Shown here one piece after another: positions 42,033 through 54,304 of a stretch of 62,707 bases of DNA. This stretch comes from Kofleriaceae bacterium (GTDB lineage Bacteria > Myxococcota_A > Polyangia > Haliangiales > Haliangiaceae): assembly GCA_046597055.1 (NCBI GenBank), contig JBKJLC010000094.1, positions 1 through 62,707 of the forward strand. The letters run 5' to 3'. Position 1 is the stretch's first letter, and every line of letters starts with the position of its first letter. A program made the translations under genes and the position numbers. The notes under the pieces were generated by a model that did not search any database, had not been told where the DNA came from, and was given only the letters and a program-made list of their open reading frames with translations.

Positions 42033-43003
42033 CAGCCCCTCGTCGCGTCCGGGTCCGGCACGATCAGATCGAGCGCGCGCGGGACCACGCGGAAGGTCGC
42101 TGGCAGGATGCCCGGCGTCTCGCCGTCGACGTCGAGCTCGACGATCTGGTTGGGCGCGGCCGGCTCGGCGCGGACGACGGTCGCGCGGCGATGGCTCACC
42201 TTCGGCATCGTCAGGTGCGTGCCCGCGTAGACCCGGCGCCCACGCAGCAGGAAGTCGGTCAGCCCCAGATCACCCATCGCGACCACGTCGAAGAACCCGT
42301 CGTCGATCTCGGCATCGGGTGCGATGAACATGCCGCCGCCGAAGTAGCGGCCGTTGGCGATCGCGACCGTGTTGATCGTCAGGTCGATCGCATCGGCCGG
42401 CTTCTCGTCGAACGTCAGCCGGACCCGCTGGTTGTCGTACGCGAGCAGGGCCTGGGTGGTCGCGGCCAGGAACGACAGCGTGCCGCCCAGCCGCTTCTTC
42501 GAGCGGTTGACGTAGCGATCGGTCACACCCGACATCCCGAACGAGCCGATGTTGATGAACATGCGGACGACGGTGCCGCCGCCGTCGGTCGACCGGCGGG
42601 TCAGGTCGATGCGACCGACGTCGATCCGGTGCCGGCGGCCGGTCGCGAGCACGTCGACCGCGCGCGGGAAGTGCTTGGGGATGCGGGTGGTGCGGACGAA
42701 GTCGCCACCGGTGCCGAACGGCAGGATCGCGAGCGCGGCGGTCGGCGCGATCGCCACCCCGGCCTCGAAGAAGCCATTCATCACCTCGTTGATCGTGCCG
42801 TCGCCGCCGACCGCAGCGACCACCTCGGCGCCCCCGCGCAGGGCCTGGGCCGCGAGGCGGGTGGCGTCGCCGCGACCGCGGGTGTGGACGTCCTCGAACG
42901 GCAGCTTGCGCCGGATGACGTCGGCCAGCTCGGGCCAGCGCCGGCCGAGCTCGCCGCCCTGCGAGTTGGGATTCACGATGACGACGGTACGGGGAGACCC
43001 CAT
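42032..43003 (-). CDS. Diacylglycerol kinase family lipid kinase
   Basis: IVNPNS, GGDGTINEV, PFGTGGDF, NGRYFGGG, DVDGE. Confidence 0.93.
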   Translation of the reverse strand: MGSPRTVVIVNPNSQGGELGRRWPELADVIRRKLPFEDVHTRGRGDATRLAAQALRGGAEVVAAVGGDGTINEVMNGFFEAGVAIAPTAALAILPFGTGGDFVRTTRIPKHFPRAVDVLATGRRHRIDVGRIDLTRRSTDGGGTVVRMFINIGSFGMSGVTDRYVNRSKKRLGGTLSFLAATTQALLAYDNQRVRLTFDEKPADAIDLTINTVAIANGRYFGGGMFIAPDAEIDDGFFDVVAMGDLGLTDFLLRGRRVYAGTHLTMPKVSHRRATVVRAEPAAPNQIVELDVDGETPGILPATFRVVPRALDLIVPDPDATRG

Positions 43004-43038
43004 CGCGGCGCAGTATGGGGCCAAACCGCGGCGGCCCG

Positions 43039-43689
43039 CTACCGCCCGGCGAGCCAGCGATCGACCGTGGCCTCGTCGAGGTCGTCGCTGACCAGGGGCC
43101 CCGCGTGCAGGTCGCAGCCGAGCCGGTCGAGCGCCGCCACCTGGCCCTCGCGCGTGACCCCGCGGGCCACGGTCAGCCAGTCGTGGCGGTGGGCCAGCGC
43201 GAGCAGCTGGCGCAGCACGACCGCCGGCGGGCCGCGATCGACGGTCGCGACCGCAGCGGCGGGCAGCTCGACGACGTCGATCGGGGCGCCGGCGAGCAGG
43301 CCGGAGTCGGCGCCGCGCAGGTCGAGCTCGGCGATCGCGATCGCCACGCCCAGCTCGGCGATCGCGTCGAGCAGCGACGACTCGTGGCCGGCACCGAACC
43401 GCCCGATGCGGAGCACCAGCGACTCGGGGGCCAGGCCGTATCGGGCCAGGGCGTCGGCGAGATCGCTGGCCGACAGCCGCGACAGCTCGTGGGCCTCGAC
43501 GTCGATCGCGATGGCGGCGTCACGGGTCACCGGCCACGCGCGCCGCCATCCGGCCAGCGTCTCCAGCGCCGCGAGCGGCCCCCCCGCGGCCCGCGGCTCG
43601 ACCACGATCGAGTGTACCCGACCCGACCGCAGCTCGACGATCGGCCGAAAACGCCCCCGCGCTGGTGTCGCTGCCACCATTGCTCCCAC
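43039..43689 (-). CDS. Degenerate stand-alone EAL-domain protein
   Basis: FRPIVELRSG, PESLVLRI, PIDVVEL, TVARGVT.EGQ...LGCDLHAG; catalytic EAL and DDFG residues absent. Confidence 0.7.
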   Translation of the reverse strand: MGAMVAATPARGRFRPIVELRSGRVHSIVVEPRAAGGPLAALETLAGWRRAWPVTRDAAIAIDVEAHELSRLSASDLADALARYGLAPESLVLRIGRFGAGHESSLLDAIAELGVAIAIAELDLRGADSGLLAGAPIDVVELPAAAVATVDRGPPAVVLRQLLALAHRHDWLTVARGVTREGQVAALDRLGCDLHAGPLVSDDLDEATVDRWLAGR

Positions 43690-43766
43690 GGTAGCCCGCC
43701 GCTGTCGCAGGCATGGAGTATTCCTGGGGTAACGGTGGGGCTACCGCCGACCCAGGCATCATCCGC

Positions 43767-45263
43767 GTGGATCCCACCGAACTCGAACAGACGATCATCG
43801 CCAGCGCGGCGCTGACCGAGCAGCGCCGTCGTGACCCGGTCGACCGTCGAGCCCGCGGGCAGGTGTTCACGCCCGAGCCGCTCGCGCGCCTGGTCGCGGA
43901 GGCCGTGCTGGCGCCGCTGATCCAGGCAGACCCGGCCCGACCATTGCGCGTCCTGGATCCCGCCGCCGGCGACGGGCGCTTCCTCGCCGCGGTCGCCGCG
44001 GTCGCGGCCGCGCGCGCGCTCGCGGTCGAGTTGCACGGGTTCGAGCGCGATCCAGGCCTGGCCGCCGCCGCGCGCGCGCGGGTCCCGGGCGCGACGCTCC
44101 ACGTGGTCGAGGCGCTGTTCGAGGCGCCCGACCTCGGCCCGCTCGACGCGGTGATCGGCAACCCGCCCTACGTCCGCTCGATCCGGCTGCGCGAGGCCGA
44201 CCCCGCGCTGTGGGCGCGGCTGCGCGGCGCGTTCGCGGCGACCGCCCACGGCGAGTGGGATCTTTACGGCGCGTTCGTCGAGCGCGCGCTCGACTGGGTC
44301 CGGCCCGGGGGGCGGATCGGGCTGATCATCCCGTCGCGGTGGTTGACGGCGGCGTGGGCGACGCGGCTGCGCGGCAAGCTCGCCGGCGCGCGCGTCGTGC
44401 GCGAGGTGGTCGACTTCGGCGCGGCCCAGGTGTTCCCCGACGCGACCACCTACGCGTCCGTGATCGTGATGGAGCGGTCGGACGGCCCTTCATATATAGA
44501 GGTGCTGCGGCGCGGCGCCGCCGGCTGGGCGCGGTCCCGCATCGACGGGGTCGGCGCGGCGCCGTGGGTGACCGGCGCGACCGCCGACGGCGCGCTGTGC
44601 CTCGGCGAGGTGGCGCACATCGCGAAGGGCACCGGCACCAACGCCGATCCGGTCTTCGTGATCGAGGCCGCGATCGTCGAGGGCGCGCTGGTGCGCGGGA
44701 TCGCCGCCGGCGAGCCGGTCGTGATCGAGGCGGCCGCGACCCGCGCGTGCCTGCGCGGGCGCGACGTGCAGGACACCCCGCGCGACGACGTGCGCTGTCT
44801 GGTGCCGTATCGTGACGCCCGGCTGATCCCGTGGACCGAGCTCGTGCAGGCGTGGCCGCTGGCGGCGGCCCACCTCGAGCGCCACCGGCCGCGGCTCGAG
44901 GCGCGCGAGCGCGGGCGCTTCACCGGCGACCGGTTCCACGCCTTCGGGCGTCCGCAGAACCTCGGCTTCCACCTCGATCCGGCCGCGAAGGTCGTGGTGC
45001 CCGATGTCGCGCGCACGCCGCGGGCCCGGCTCGACGACACCGGCGCGCTGGTGCTCGACACCGCGTACGCGCTGCGGCCGCGGCTCGGCGCGCCGCCGCC
45101 GTGGGACGATCCGCGCGCGCTGCTCGCGCTGCTGCGCTCGCCGGCGGTGCTGGCCTGGCTGGAGCGCGCGGGCGTGCCGCTGCGCGGCGACTACCGGCGG
45201 CTGAAGACCGCCTACCTGGCGCCGATGCCGCTGCCGGGTACCATCCCGCCATGTCCGCCATGA
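43767..45263 (+). CDS. N6-adenine DNA methyltransferase (gamma / Eco57I-TaqI-like), no cognate endonuclease nearby
   Basis: GQVFTP, VLDPAAGDGRF, VIGNPPYV, DLYGAFVE, QVFPDATTY, C-terminal TRD-like region. Confidence 0.88.
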   Translation: MDPTELEQTIIASAALTEQRRRDPVDRRARGQVFTPEPLARLVAEAVLAPLIQADPARPLRVLDPAAGDGRFLAAVAAVAAARALAVELHGFERDPGLAAAARARVPGATLHVVEALFEAPDLGPLDAVIGNPPYVRSIRLREADPALWARLRGAFAATAHGEWDLYGAFVERALDWVRPGGRIGLIIPSRWLTAAWATRLRGKLAGARVVREVVDFGAAQVFPDATTYASVIVMERSDGPSYIEVLRRGAAGWARSRIDGVGAAPWVTGATADGALCLGEVAHIAKGTGTNADPVFVIEAAIVEGALVRGIAAGEPVVIEAAATRACLRGRDVQDTPRDDVRCLVPYRDARLIPWTELVQAWPLAAAHLERHRPRLEARERGRFTGDRFHAFGRPQNLGFHLDPAAKVVVPDVARTPRARLDDTGALVLDTAYALRPRLGAPPPWDDPRALLALLRSPAVLAWLERAGVPLRGDYRRLKTAYLAPMPLPGTIPPCPP

Positions 45264-45895
45264 CCGAGCTGGTCCTCCACGTCGGCAGCAAGCGCTTCTC
45301 GTCCTGGTCGCTGCGCCCGTACCTGGCCCTGTCCGCCGCCGGGGCGCCGTTCCGCACCGAGACGATCGCGCTCGATCAGCCCGACACCAAGTGGCAGATC
45401 CTCGCGATCAACCCGGCCGGCAAGGTGCCCGCGCTGCGGCACGGCGATCTGCTGGTGCACGACTCGCTGGCGATCTGCGAGTACGTGAACGAGCTGTTCC
45501 CCGAGGCCACGCTGTGGCCGGCCGACCGCGAGGACCGCGCGCGCGCTCGTGCGATCACCGCCGAGATGCACAGTGGCTTCACGGCGCTGCGCACCGCGAT
45601 GCCGATGGATCTGCGCGCGACCAAGCCCGGGGTCGGCCACACCCTGGAGGCGCTCGCCGACGTCGACCGCATCTGCCACATCTGGCGAACCCTGCGCGCG
45701 CACGCGCCGGGCGGCCCGTTCCTGTTCGGTCACTTCACGATCGCCGACGCGTTCTTCGCCCCGGTGACGACCCGGTTCACCACCTACCAGGTCGCGCTCG
45801 ACGACACCTGCCAGGCGTACGTGGCGACGGTCCAGGCCTTGCCTGGCTTCCAGGCCTGGCTGGCCGACGCGCGCGCGCCGACGGCGACGCCCTGA
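45251..45895 (+). CDS. Glutathione S-transferase family protein
   Basis: SSWSLRP, NPAGKVPAL, DSLAICEY, AEMHSGF, FTIADAFFAPV. Confidence 0.93.
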   Translation: MSAMTELVLHVGSKRFSSWSLRPYLALSAAGAPFRTETIALDQPDTKWQILAINPAGKVPALRHGDLLVHDSLAICEYVNELFPEATLWPADREDRARARAITAEMHSGFTALRTAMPMDLRATKPGVGHTLEALADVDRICHIWRTLRAHAPGGPFLFGHFTIADAFFAPVTTRFTTYQVALDDTCQAYVATVQALPGFQAWLADARAPTATP

Positions 45896-46132
45896 TCGCG
45901 CCGACGGCCCGGCGTCACGGCCCGTAGCAGTGCAGCGCGCGCGCGATCTCGCCCGGGCACGCCGCGGCGCTGCCTGGTACGGCGACCCGGCGGCCATGCC
46001 GCCCCGGCACCTGGAGGTGCCCCCCGAAGAACGGGCGTCATGGCGGCATGCTGGCACGGGCGCCGATACGGGAGTGCGGGTCGCGCGACCGGCCGGCGTG
46101 CCACGCCCTCACCCTGGCGGTATGATCGGCCG

Positions 46133-47713
<1,581 letters not shown>

Positions 47714-47746
47714 CCGCGCCGCGATCGGGCGCGGTCGGGCCGCCGA

Positions 47747-48517
47747 TCACAGGTGCAGACGCGCCGACGCGGTGATCCCGAGGCCACCGGCATCCTCGAT
47801 GATGTCGCCCCAGTTCAGCGAGCCGCCGAGGTCCATCGTGTTCGAGGGCGAGAAGAACGCACCCAGCGAGAGCGGGGTGCGGTCGGCGAAGATGAAGCCG
47901 GTGTCGGCGTCCTGGATCTCGATGGTCGCGATGTCCGTCTCGATGAACGCCCACAGGTTGCTCGAGGCCTGGAAGCCGAAGCCGACTGGCACGTGGAGGT
48001 ACATCGGCTGGAACTCGACCACCGGCAGCGGCGGCACATTGACCTCCTGCTTGTCGAGCCAGATGACGAGCTGATTGCCGCTCGAGTAGATCGCCATCTT
48101 GTCGTCGAGCTTGAGCTGGAAGCGCGCGCCCAGGCCGAGCGGCGTGAGGCCCTCGCTGAGAAAGCTGTAGCCAACCGAGGCCTGGGGCGCGAGTTGCAGG
48201 TTGCCGGAGTTGATCACGCCAAAGGCGATCTCGACCCCGAGATTGCCCTTGGCCTCGAAGTCCTTCAGGCTGAAGCCGTAGCTGGCGCCGACCTCGAGCG
48301 CGTCGCTCACGCCGTAGCGGGTCAGGACGCCGAGCCCGATCCTGGTCGGTTCGAACGCGAAGCCGAGATCGCCACCGACGGTGAGCTGGCTGGCCGGGTT
48401 GGTCCGCGGGCGGTCGATGATCTCCTGCGCGTGCGTGACCTCGGCCGACGCCACCATCGGTGCCGCCACCACCGCGACAGGAATCAATCCACAGAGGAGC
48501 AGGCTCTTGTTCTTCAT
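47747..48517 (-). CDS. Secreted / outer-membrane beta-barrel-like protein
   Basis: Signal peptide MKNK..VASA, GGAG RBS, alternating aromatic/Gly beta-strand pattern. Confidence 0.7.
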   Translation of the reverse strand: MKNKSLLLCGLIPVAVVAAPMVASAEVTHAQEIIDRPRTNPASQLTVGGDLGFAFEPTRIGLGVLTRYGVSDALEVGASYGFSLKDFEAKGNLGVEIAFGVINSGNLQLAPQASVGYSFLSEGLTPLGLGARFQLKLDDKMAIYSSGNQLVIWLDKQEVNVPPLPVVEFQPMYLHVPVGFGFQASSNLWAFIETDIATIEIQDADTGFIFADRTPLSLGAFFSPSNTMDLGGSLNWGDIIEDAGGLGITASARLHL

Positions 48518-48760
48518 CTCGATGTCTCCAGGTGTTCGCCGCGGAGGGCGGTGGTACGCGACCCCACGTGAGCTCCCCGAGCCCACGAGTCCCGCTTGTC
48601 ACGAACAGGATCCTGGGCTGGTAGCCGGTCCGCAACTTTTCGGACACACAACCTGGCCGGCGGGCGGCGTCGCGCACGCGAGCGCGCACGTCGCTACGCA
48701 CCCGCGCACGGATTGCGCATTCTGGAGGTGACCGCGACAGCCTGTGACTGCCTGCGACAG

Positions 48761-50377
48761 CTAGAACAAGAAGTCCGTCGACAGGAACGACGACAGCCGG
48801 CGGGTGACGATCTCGCCGACCAGCGCCTCGTTGCTGTCGGTCGCGGTCGAGGCGACCACGGTGCGGATCGAAAAGGCGCGCAGCGCGTCGCTCACCGACA
48901 GCGTGCCCTCGGCCGAGTCCTTGCGGCCGGTGAACGGGAACGTGTCGGGGCCGCGCCGGCACTGGGTGTTGAGGTTGATGCGACAGACCGAGTTCACCAG
49001 CGAGTCGATCAGCGTGGCCAGCTCGCGCGGGTCGCGGCCGAACAGCGAGATCTGCTGGCCGTAGGCCGAGGTCCGCATGAACTGATCGATCTCGTCGATG
49101 GAGCGGAACGTCGCCACCGGGACGATCGGGCCGAACTGCTCCTCCTGATAGAGCCGCGCGCCCGGAGCGACCGGGTACACCACCGCCGGCCGGAAGAAGG
49201 TCGCGTCGGTCTCGCCGCCGGTGATCACGCGGGCGCCGTGGGCGACCGCGTCGTCGAGCAGCTTGCGCAGGTGCGCTGGCTTGCCGGGCTCGGGCAAGGG
49301 CGTGAGCTTGACCCCGGCGTCCCACGGCATGCCGGCCGGCAGCTTGACGACCGCCGCGGCCAGGCGGGCCACCACGTCGTCGGCGATGTCGGCGTGCACG
49401 AAGACCAGCTTGATGGCGGTGCAGCGCTGCCCGTTGAACGACAGCGCGCCCGACACGCACTCGGCCACCGCGAGGTCGAGGTCGGCCGACGGCAGGATCA
49501 CCGCCGGGTTCTTGGCCTCGAGCCCGGTGATGCTGCGCAGGCGGTTGGGCCGGGGGTGCTGGCGCTTGAGGATGTTGCACACCCGCGAGCTGCCGATGAA
49601 CGCCAGGCAGTCGACGTCGCCGCTCTCCATGATCGGCCCGATCACGCTGGCGCCGTCGCCCTGGATGACGTTGACCGCGCCGGCCGGGAACGCGTCGCGG
49701 AACGCCGGCAAGAGCGGCAGGTGCACCAGCTGGCCGAAGCGCGGCAGCTTCGAGACGATCGTGTTGCCCATCAGCAGCGCGGGGATGAGCGTCGTGAAGG
49801 TCTCGTTGAGCGGGTAGTTGAACGGTCCCATGCACAGGACCACGCCGAGCGGCGAGCGCCGGATCTGGCCGACGAAGCCGCCGGTCACCGTGAAGCGCGC
49901 GGCGGTGCGGTCGAGCTCCTTGAGCGCCTCGACCGTGTCCTGGATGTACGAGATCGTGCGATCGACCTCGGCCTCGGCGTCGCCGCGGGTCTTGGCGATC
50001 TCCCACATCAGCAGGCGGACCAGGTCCTCGCGGACCGTCCGCATTCCGGACACGAAGGTGGTCATCCGCTCGATGCGCTCGCCGACCCGCATGGTCGGCC
50101 ACCGGCCGCGCCCGTGGTCCCAGGCCGCGCGCGCGGCGGCCAGCGCGTCGAGGGCGGCGGCCCGATCGAGCTGCGCGACCCGGCCCAGCACCACCGGCGT
50201 GGCGGTGGCGGCACCGCCGACGCGGGTACAGATCGGCGACACCACCTCGTTCGACGGACCGGCCCAGGTCCGGATCTCGCCGGCCACCAGGTACTGGCGA
50301 TCCCATCGAGCCCCGTCGATGCGCGCGCCCGCGGGGATCTCGTCGTCGGTCGGGTAGACGATGGTCATCGCCGCCAT
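48761..50377 (-). CDS. gapN: NADP-dependent non-phosphorylating glyceraldehyde-3-phosphate dehydrogenase (ALDH family)
   Basis: [49 protein letters not shown]. Confidence 0.82.
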   Translation of the reverse strand: MAAMTIVYPTDDEIPAGARIDGARWDRQYLVAGEIRTWAGPSNEVVSPICTRVGGAATATPVVLGRVAQLDRAAALDALAAARAAWDHGRGRWPTMRVGERIERMTTFVSGMRTVREDLVRLLMWEIAKTRGDAEAEVDRTISYIQDTVEALKELDRTAARFTVTGGFVGQIRRSPLGVVLCMGPFNYPLNETFTTLIPALLMGNTIVSKLPRFGQLVHLPLLPAFRDAFPAGAVNVIQGDGASVIGPIMESGDVDCLAFIGSSRVCNILKRQHPRPNRLRSITGLEAKNPAVILPSADLDLAVAECVSGALSFNGQRCTAIKLVFVHADIADDVVARLAAAVVKLPAGMPWDAGVKLTPLPEPGKPAHLRKLLDDAVAHGARVITGGETDATFFRPAVVYPVAPGARLYQEEQFGPIVPVATFRSIDEIDQFMRTSAYGQQISLFGRDPRELATLIDSLVNSVCRINLNTQCRRGPDTFPFTGRKDSAEGTLSVSDALRAFSIRTVVASTATDSNEALVGEIVTRRLSSFLSTDFLF

Positions 50378-50411
50378 GGTCGCACGCCCGGCCGCGGCCG
50401 GCGGGCGTCGG

Positions 50412-51551
50412 TCAGGGCTCGTCGGCGATGGTCGCCGGCGGCTCGACGTGGGTCTCGGTCAGGTTCGCCAGCGCGGTCGGCAGGTCGGCGACGTCGACGC
50501 CGGCCGGCGCGTTGCGCCGGAGCATGAACGCGCAGGTGCCGCACGAGGTGACCACGGTGCCACCGCCGCCGGCCGCGACCTCGGCCAGCCGTCGGCGCGC
50601 CATCGCGTCGGCGGTTGCCGGCATGGTCTTGGGCAGGAGCCCGCCGCCGCCGCAGCACTCGGTGTCCTGGTGCGACCAGCCAAACTCGCGCACGTTGCTG
50701 ACCTTGCCGAGCACCCGGCGCGGCGGCTCGAGCACGCCGGCGTAGCGCGCGAGGTAGCAGGGGTCGTGGTAGTAGACCGACTTGCGCGTGGTCGGCACCG
50801 GCAGCCGGTCGGCGTGCTGGGCCAGGAACTCGGCGAGCGACAGCACCTCGGTGCCGACCGAGACGCCCTCGCCCTCGTACTGCGCGCGCAGCGCGTAGAG
50901 GCAGGCCGAGCAGTTGACGACGACGGTGCGGAAGCGGCGCATCGCGCCGGCCACCTTGCCGGCGTGCCAGCGGAACAGATCAGTCAGGCCCGCGGCGAGC
51001 AGCGGGTAGCCGCAGCAGGCCAGGCCGGCGTCGACCATCCGCACCTGCTCGGCGCCGATGCGCGCGAAGATCGCAAAGGCGGCGGCGACGTCCGCGGCGC
51101 CCTTGTCGATCATGTCGCAGCCGGGCCAGAACCCGACCTGGCCGGTGGACGCGAAGCGGTCGTCGCCAAAGCGCTCCTTGGCGACCCGCGCCAGTCGCTC
51201 GTCGCGGGCGCGGAACCGCTCGCCGTAGCCGGCGAGCGCGGGGTGGCCGGCGCCGCGTTTCTGGGCCTCGGCGCGACCGGCCAGCAGCACGAGGCCGGGC
51301 TCGTTGGCGTGGTCGCAGTAGACCGTGCAGTGGCGGCAACCGGTGCACGCCCACAGCGGATCGGCCGACTCGGCGCGCCACGGCTCGAGGCCGGTGCGCA
51401 GCTTGTTGAGCCGGTCCATCTTCGCCTGCGGGATCAGCGTCTCGCGGCCCGAGGTCGTGGAGACCGGGCACGCGTGACGGCACATCTTCGGGCAGAAGGT
51501 GCAGTAGTCGAGCTGCTTGGCGACGTCGGCGGAGGTGAAGCGCTCGGACAA
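50412..51551 (-). CDS. Fe-S oxidoreductase with CCG domains (GlpC/HdrD-like)
   Basis: [27 protein letters not shown] twice, YHDPCYLAR. Confidence 0.9.
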   Translation of the reverse strand: MSERFTSADVAKQLDYCTFCPKMCRHACPVSTTSGRETLIPQAKMDRLNKLRTGLEPWRAESADPLWACTGCRHCTVYCDHANEPGLVLLAGRAEAQKRGAGHPALAGYGERFRARDERLARVAKERFGDDRFASTGQVGFWPGCDMIDKGAADVAAAFAIFARIGAEQVRMVDAGLACCGYPLLAAGLTDLFRWHAGKVAGAMRRFRTVVVNCSACLYALRAQYEGEGVSVGTEVLSLAEFLAQHADRLPVPTTRKSVYYHDPCYLARYAGVLEPPRRVLGKVSNVREFGWSHQDTECCGGGGLLPKTMPATADAMARRRLAEVAAGGGGTVVTSCGTCAFMLRRNAPAGVDVADLPTALANLTETHVEPPATIADEP

Positions 51552-51561
51552 GGCGCGGCCA

Positions 51562-52347
51562 CTATAGCGGGTGCTGAGGCGATGCGGGCGCGAACGGGCG
51601 CGGTGGTCGGAGGCGTTTCCACAAGAAGGCGACGTAGGCGGCTCGCAATCGGGCCGGATCGCGGGGCGCCGAGCCGGGCAGGGCGCTCAGCAGCTCGTCC
51701 GGCACCAGCGCCACCGCCGCCGCGAGGACCTCGCGGGTGAGCCGGGCCGCGAGCTGCTCGTCGAGCGCGTCGACCCGGGTCGCCCGCGTCGCCAGCGCGT
51801 GCGGCGGTCCGGCCCGGGCCACCCGCCGAGGCGAGGCTTCCGATACCGCGCCCCACGCGTACTGGAAGGTCAGCGCGGCGCCGTGATCGACCAGCCAGTC
51901 GGCGCCGCGCCAGCGCAAGATGTTGGGGTTGGCGACCGTGCGGTCGGCGTTGCCGACCAGGCCGTCGAGCCAGACGATGCGTGAGGCGACGTCGGGATCG
52001 ACCGACGCGGCGTCCTCGGGGGTCAGCTCGTGGGCGCCGTCGAGCCAGGCCAGGCCGAGGTTGAGCCCGACGCTGGCGTCGACCAGCTGCCCGAGCTCGT
52101 CGCCGCGGACGGTACCGGCGAAGTCGGCGTCGATCGTGATCAGCGCGCGCGCCGGCACCTGCAGGCCGAGCACGCCGGCCAGCTCGGCGACCACGATCTC
52201 GGCGATCAGCGGCCCGACGCCCTGGGCCGCGCCGCGCAGCTTCACGATCCAGCGGCCATGGTCGGTGTCGACCACGATCGGCGACGAGCTCCCGCGCCGG
52301 ATGGCCGCGACCATGCGGATCGCGCGGCGCACCTCCAGCGCGGCCAT
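51562..52347 (-). CDS. HipA-like kinase (HipA_2 type)
   Basis: [45 protein letters not shown]. Confidence 0.82.
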   Translation of the reverse strand: MAALEVRRAIRMVAAIRRGSSSPIVVDTDHGRWIVKLRGAAQGVGPLIAEIVVAELAGVLGLQVPARALITIDADFAGTVRGDELGQLVDASVGLNLGLAWLDGAHELTPEDAASVDPDVASRIVWLDGLVGNADRTVANPNILRWRGADWLVDHGAALTFQYAWGAVSEASPRRVARAGPPHALATRATRVDALDEQLAARLTREVLAAAVALVPDELLSALPGSAPRDPARLRAAYVAFLWKRLRPPRPFAPASPQHPL

Positions 52348-52349
52348 GG

Positions 52350-53408
52350 TCAGGCCGGTCGCCACGGCCGCGCCCGCGCCGGCCCGTACATCATCGGCTG
52401 CAGCTTGTCGGTGAAGAAGCTGTACGGGTGACCGAGGTCGATCCGCGACACCTCGTCGAGCCGGCTGCGCTGCTCGCCCGACAGCACGAGGTCGAGCGCG
52501 CCGAGGTTGGTGGCGAGCTGCTCGGCCGAGCGGGCGCCGATGATCGTCGAGGTGACCCCAGGTCGCCCGACCACCCAGGCCAGCGCGACCTGGGCCGCGG
52601 GCCGCTCGACCTCGGCGGCGATCGTGCGCACGACGTCGAGGATCTGGTAGTTGCGGCCGGTCATGCGGTCGAGCGCCGGGATGCCGCTGCCGCGGTGCTT
52701 GGCGAGCCGGCCCTCGCCGCCGCCGTCCTGCGGGTACTTGCCGGCGAGGAAGCCGCCGGCCAGCGGGCTCCACGGCGTGATCGCCATGCCGAGCTCCTGC
52801 GCGGCGGTGACCAGCTCGCGCTCGATGCCGCGCTCGACCAGCGAGTACTCGAGCTGCACCGCGATCACCGGCTCGAGCCCGCGCAGCTCGGCCAGGGTCT
52901 GGGCCCGCGCCGCGTACCACGCTGGCACGTCGGAGAACCCGACGTGGCGGACCAGCCCACCGCGGACCAGATCGTCGAGCGTGCGCATGACCTCGTCGAC
53001 CGGCGTCGCCATGTCCCACGCGTGCAGCCAGTACAGATCGATGTAGTCGGTGCCGAGCCGGCGCAGCGACGCCTCGACCGCGCGCCGCACGTGCTTGCGG
53101 CCGTTGCCACCGGCGTTGGGGTTGCCCTTCTCGGTGTTCATCGTGAACTTGGTCGCGAGCACGATCCGGTCGCGCAGCGAGCGCTCGGCGATCAGCTTGC
53201 CGACCAGCTCCTCGCTCTGGCCGCCGGTGTAGATGTCGGCGGTGTCGACGAAGTTGCCGCCGCCGTCGACGTAGCGCTCGAACATGGCGCGCGCCGCGGC
53301 CTCGTCGGCGCCCCAGCCCCACGCCATCCCGAACGTCATCGTACCCAGGCACATCGGGCTCACCCGGAGGCCGCTGCGGCCGAGCGTCACGTAGTCGGCG
53401 AGCTTCAT
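52350..53408 (-). CDS. Aldo/keto reductase
   Basis: LGRSGLRVS, DTADIY.GG.SE, ATKF, SLRRLGTDYIDLY, WSPLAGG. Confidence 0.95.
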   Translation of the reverse strand: MKLADYVTLGRSGLRVSPMCLGTMTFGMAWGWGADEAAARAMFERYVDGGGNFVDTADIYTGGQSEELVGKLIAERSLRDRIVLATKFTMNTEKGNPNAGGNGRKHVRRAVEASLRRLGTDYIDLYWLHAWDMATPVDEVMRTLDDLVRGGLVRHVGFSDVPAWYAARAQTLAELRGLEPVIAVQLEYSLVERGIERELVTAAQELGMAITPWSPLAGGFLAGKYPQDGGGEGRLAKHRGSGIPALDRMTGRNYQILDVVRTIAAEVERPAAQVALAWVVGRPGVTSTIIGARSAEQLATNLGALDLVLSGEQRSRLDEVSRIDLGHPYSFFTDKLQPMMYGPARARPWRPA

Positions 53409-53521
53409 GGCCGGAGCCTACCCGGATCGCCGCACGCGCGTTGCGGTCGGGCGCCCGCCTCGGGCTGACCCGGCTTTTGTGCTGGTCGGGGCCCTGGCCT
53501 TGGCCCTAAGGTCGACGGCCG

Positions 53522-54274
53522 ATGCGCGCCTCGCTTGCGGTGATCCTGGGCGGCCTGGTCTGCGGGCTCGGTTGCGGCGCGGCGGATCCGCCCCTGCCCG
53601 ACGGTGGCGCGGTCGACGATGCCCTGACCGTGGACGCCCGGCTCGACGCCAGCGCCGATGCCGCGGTCGGATTCGGCGCGCTGTCGGGCGACTGCGGCGG
53701 CATCACGCTCGCAGACCTCACCAGCACGACCTCGCGGCTGGTCCAGGTCTCGTTCGACTTCCCGCGCGAGTACACGGCCGCTGACCAGCCCCTGCTGACC
53801 AGCGGCGGCATGCGCCTGGCCACGACGCCCAACGCCGGTGGCAGCTCGGAGCTGTCGGAGCTGTTCGCCTTCGAGCACCTGGCGCGCTGCGAGGGCGCGA
53901 CCCTGCTCAAGACCGAGACCGAGATCGTCTACGACACGACGAGCAAGAAGACCGACATCCTGGTGCGCCTCGAGGGCCACAACATCGGCGTCAGCGTCGT
54001 GCGCATGTTTCAGTTCCCCCTCCCCACGCCCCTCTCGATGGAGGAGGCGACCCGGCGCCTGACCGGCAAGCTCCAGGACATCCCGCTGTCGACCGCGAGC
54101 GTGTCCGAGGGCGACCGCTGGACCAAGCAGTTCCTGCCGGTGCTGGCGTTCGATGCCGCCGCCGCGGCCACCGTGATCCGGGCCTACGACCTGCTCGGGG
54201 CCGACGTGAAGCGCGACACCGTCGTCGTGGTGATCACGACCGACGGCGCCGACGCCTTCATCTATAACGAGTAG
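53522..54274 (+). CDS. Lipoprotein with AAC4-like conserved domain
   Basis: GLGC lipobox; TPNAGGSS..SE.F..E.L.RC..A.LLKTETE..Y...KTD...GVSVVR...WTKQ. Confidence 0.75.
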   Translation: MRASLAVILGGLVCGLGCGAADPPLPDGGAVDDALTVDARLDASADAAVGFGALSGDCGGITLADLTSTTSRLVQVSFDFPREYTAADQPLLTSGGMRLATTPNAGGSSELSELFAFEHLARCEGATLLKTETEIVYDTTSKKTDILVRLEGHNIGVSVVRMFQFPLPTPLSMEEATRRLTGKLQDIPLSTASVSEGDRWTKQFLPVLAFDAAAAATVIRAYDLLGADVKRDTVVVVITTDGADAFIYNE

Positions 54275-54304
54275 CCCGGGCGACCGGCGCGCGGACGTGC
54301 CGGC

